Positions 63,592 to 64,000 of a stretch of DNA of 64,000 bases are shown here, one piece after another (positions within the stretch are counted from its first letter, which is position 1; every line of letters starts with the position of its first letter). Below the pieces are notes generated by a model. That model saw only the letters and a list, made by a program, of their open reading frames with translations. It had not been told where the DNA came from and did not search any database. Origin of the DNA: Dicyema japonicum (Eukaryota > Animalia > Dicyemida); NCBI GenBank assembly GCA_011109175.1, contig RDEW01000008.1, positions 877,954 through 941,953 on the forward strand, written 5' to 3'. Position numbers and translations under genes: made by a program.

Positions 63592-63891
63592 CTTTAACCT
63601 TTCAATCTCCTGTGGTGTAAATCAAGAAGGACGTTTCCGATTCCTTGTCTGTATTTGTCACTTCAGAGAAAACAGGACAAGTTCTTTAATGCCATGAGCC
63701 ATTCTTTCTATGTGGAGCGTAAATGTTCATTATTATGACGACTTTAACCTTTCAATCTCCTGTGGTGTAAATCAAGAAGGACGTTTCCGATTCCTTGTCT
63801 GTATTTGTCACTTCAGAGAAAACAGGACAAGTTCTTTAATGCCATGAGCCATTCTTTCTATGTGGAGCGTAACTGTTCATTATTATGACGA
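63592..63891. repeat. Near-perfect 150-bp tandem duplication
   Basis: CTTTAACCTTTCAATC...TTATTATGACGA at 63592 and 63742, one substitution seen. Confidence 0.9.
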
Positions 63892-64000
63892 GTGCTCTCA
63901 TTTTTTTATATCTGCCTCCTCGGCATTCACTATGGAAGCTATCTCGTGATACCAACTCAGGATTGATCGGGTATCCATGAGCATGATTCTTATGCTTCGG

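Overview
AT-rich eukaryotic nuclear DNA dominated by nested, mostly decayed transposable elements. These include CRE-clade and R4/Dong-like RLE non-LTR retrotransposons, RTE, I-group and CR1/L2 LINE pieces, at least three tRNA-headed SINE families, hAT (Buster/ZBED-type, GTF2IRD2-type), pogo/Tigger, Tc1, integrase remnants, and a foldback Phantom/MULE inserted in a CRE copy. Host genes are few: a divergent 14-3-3 gene with 47, 23 and 22 nt introns, a U1 snRNA, a tRNA-Thr(AGU) with two odd chimeric copies, and two further candidate genes broken by introns of about 20-50 nt. The micro-introns sit at positions I recall from animal 14-3-3 zeta, suggesting a reduced metazoan parasite such as a dicyemid or myxozoan (inference only). 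The best novelty candidate is a compact five-hairpin, Sm-site-like structured RNA at 50051-50199 (possible spliced-leader or new Sm-class RNA), considered together with the trimmed U1 and the micro-intron splicing. Many frameshifts are single-base homopolymer indels and may be assembly errors. Element boundaries without a target-site duplication (TSD) are approximate.
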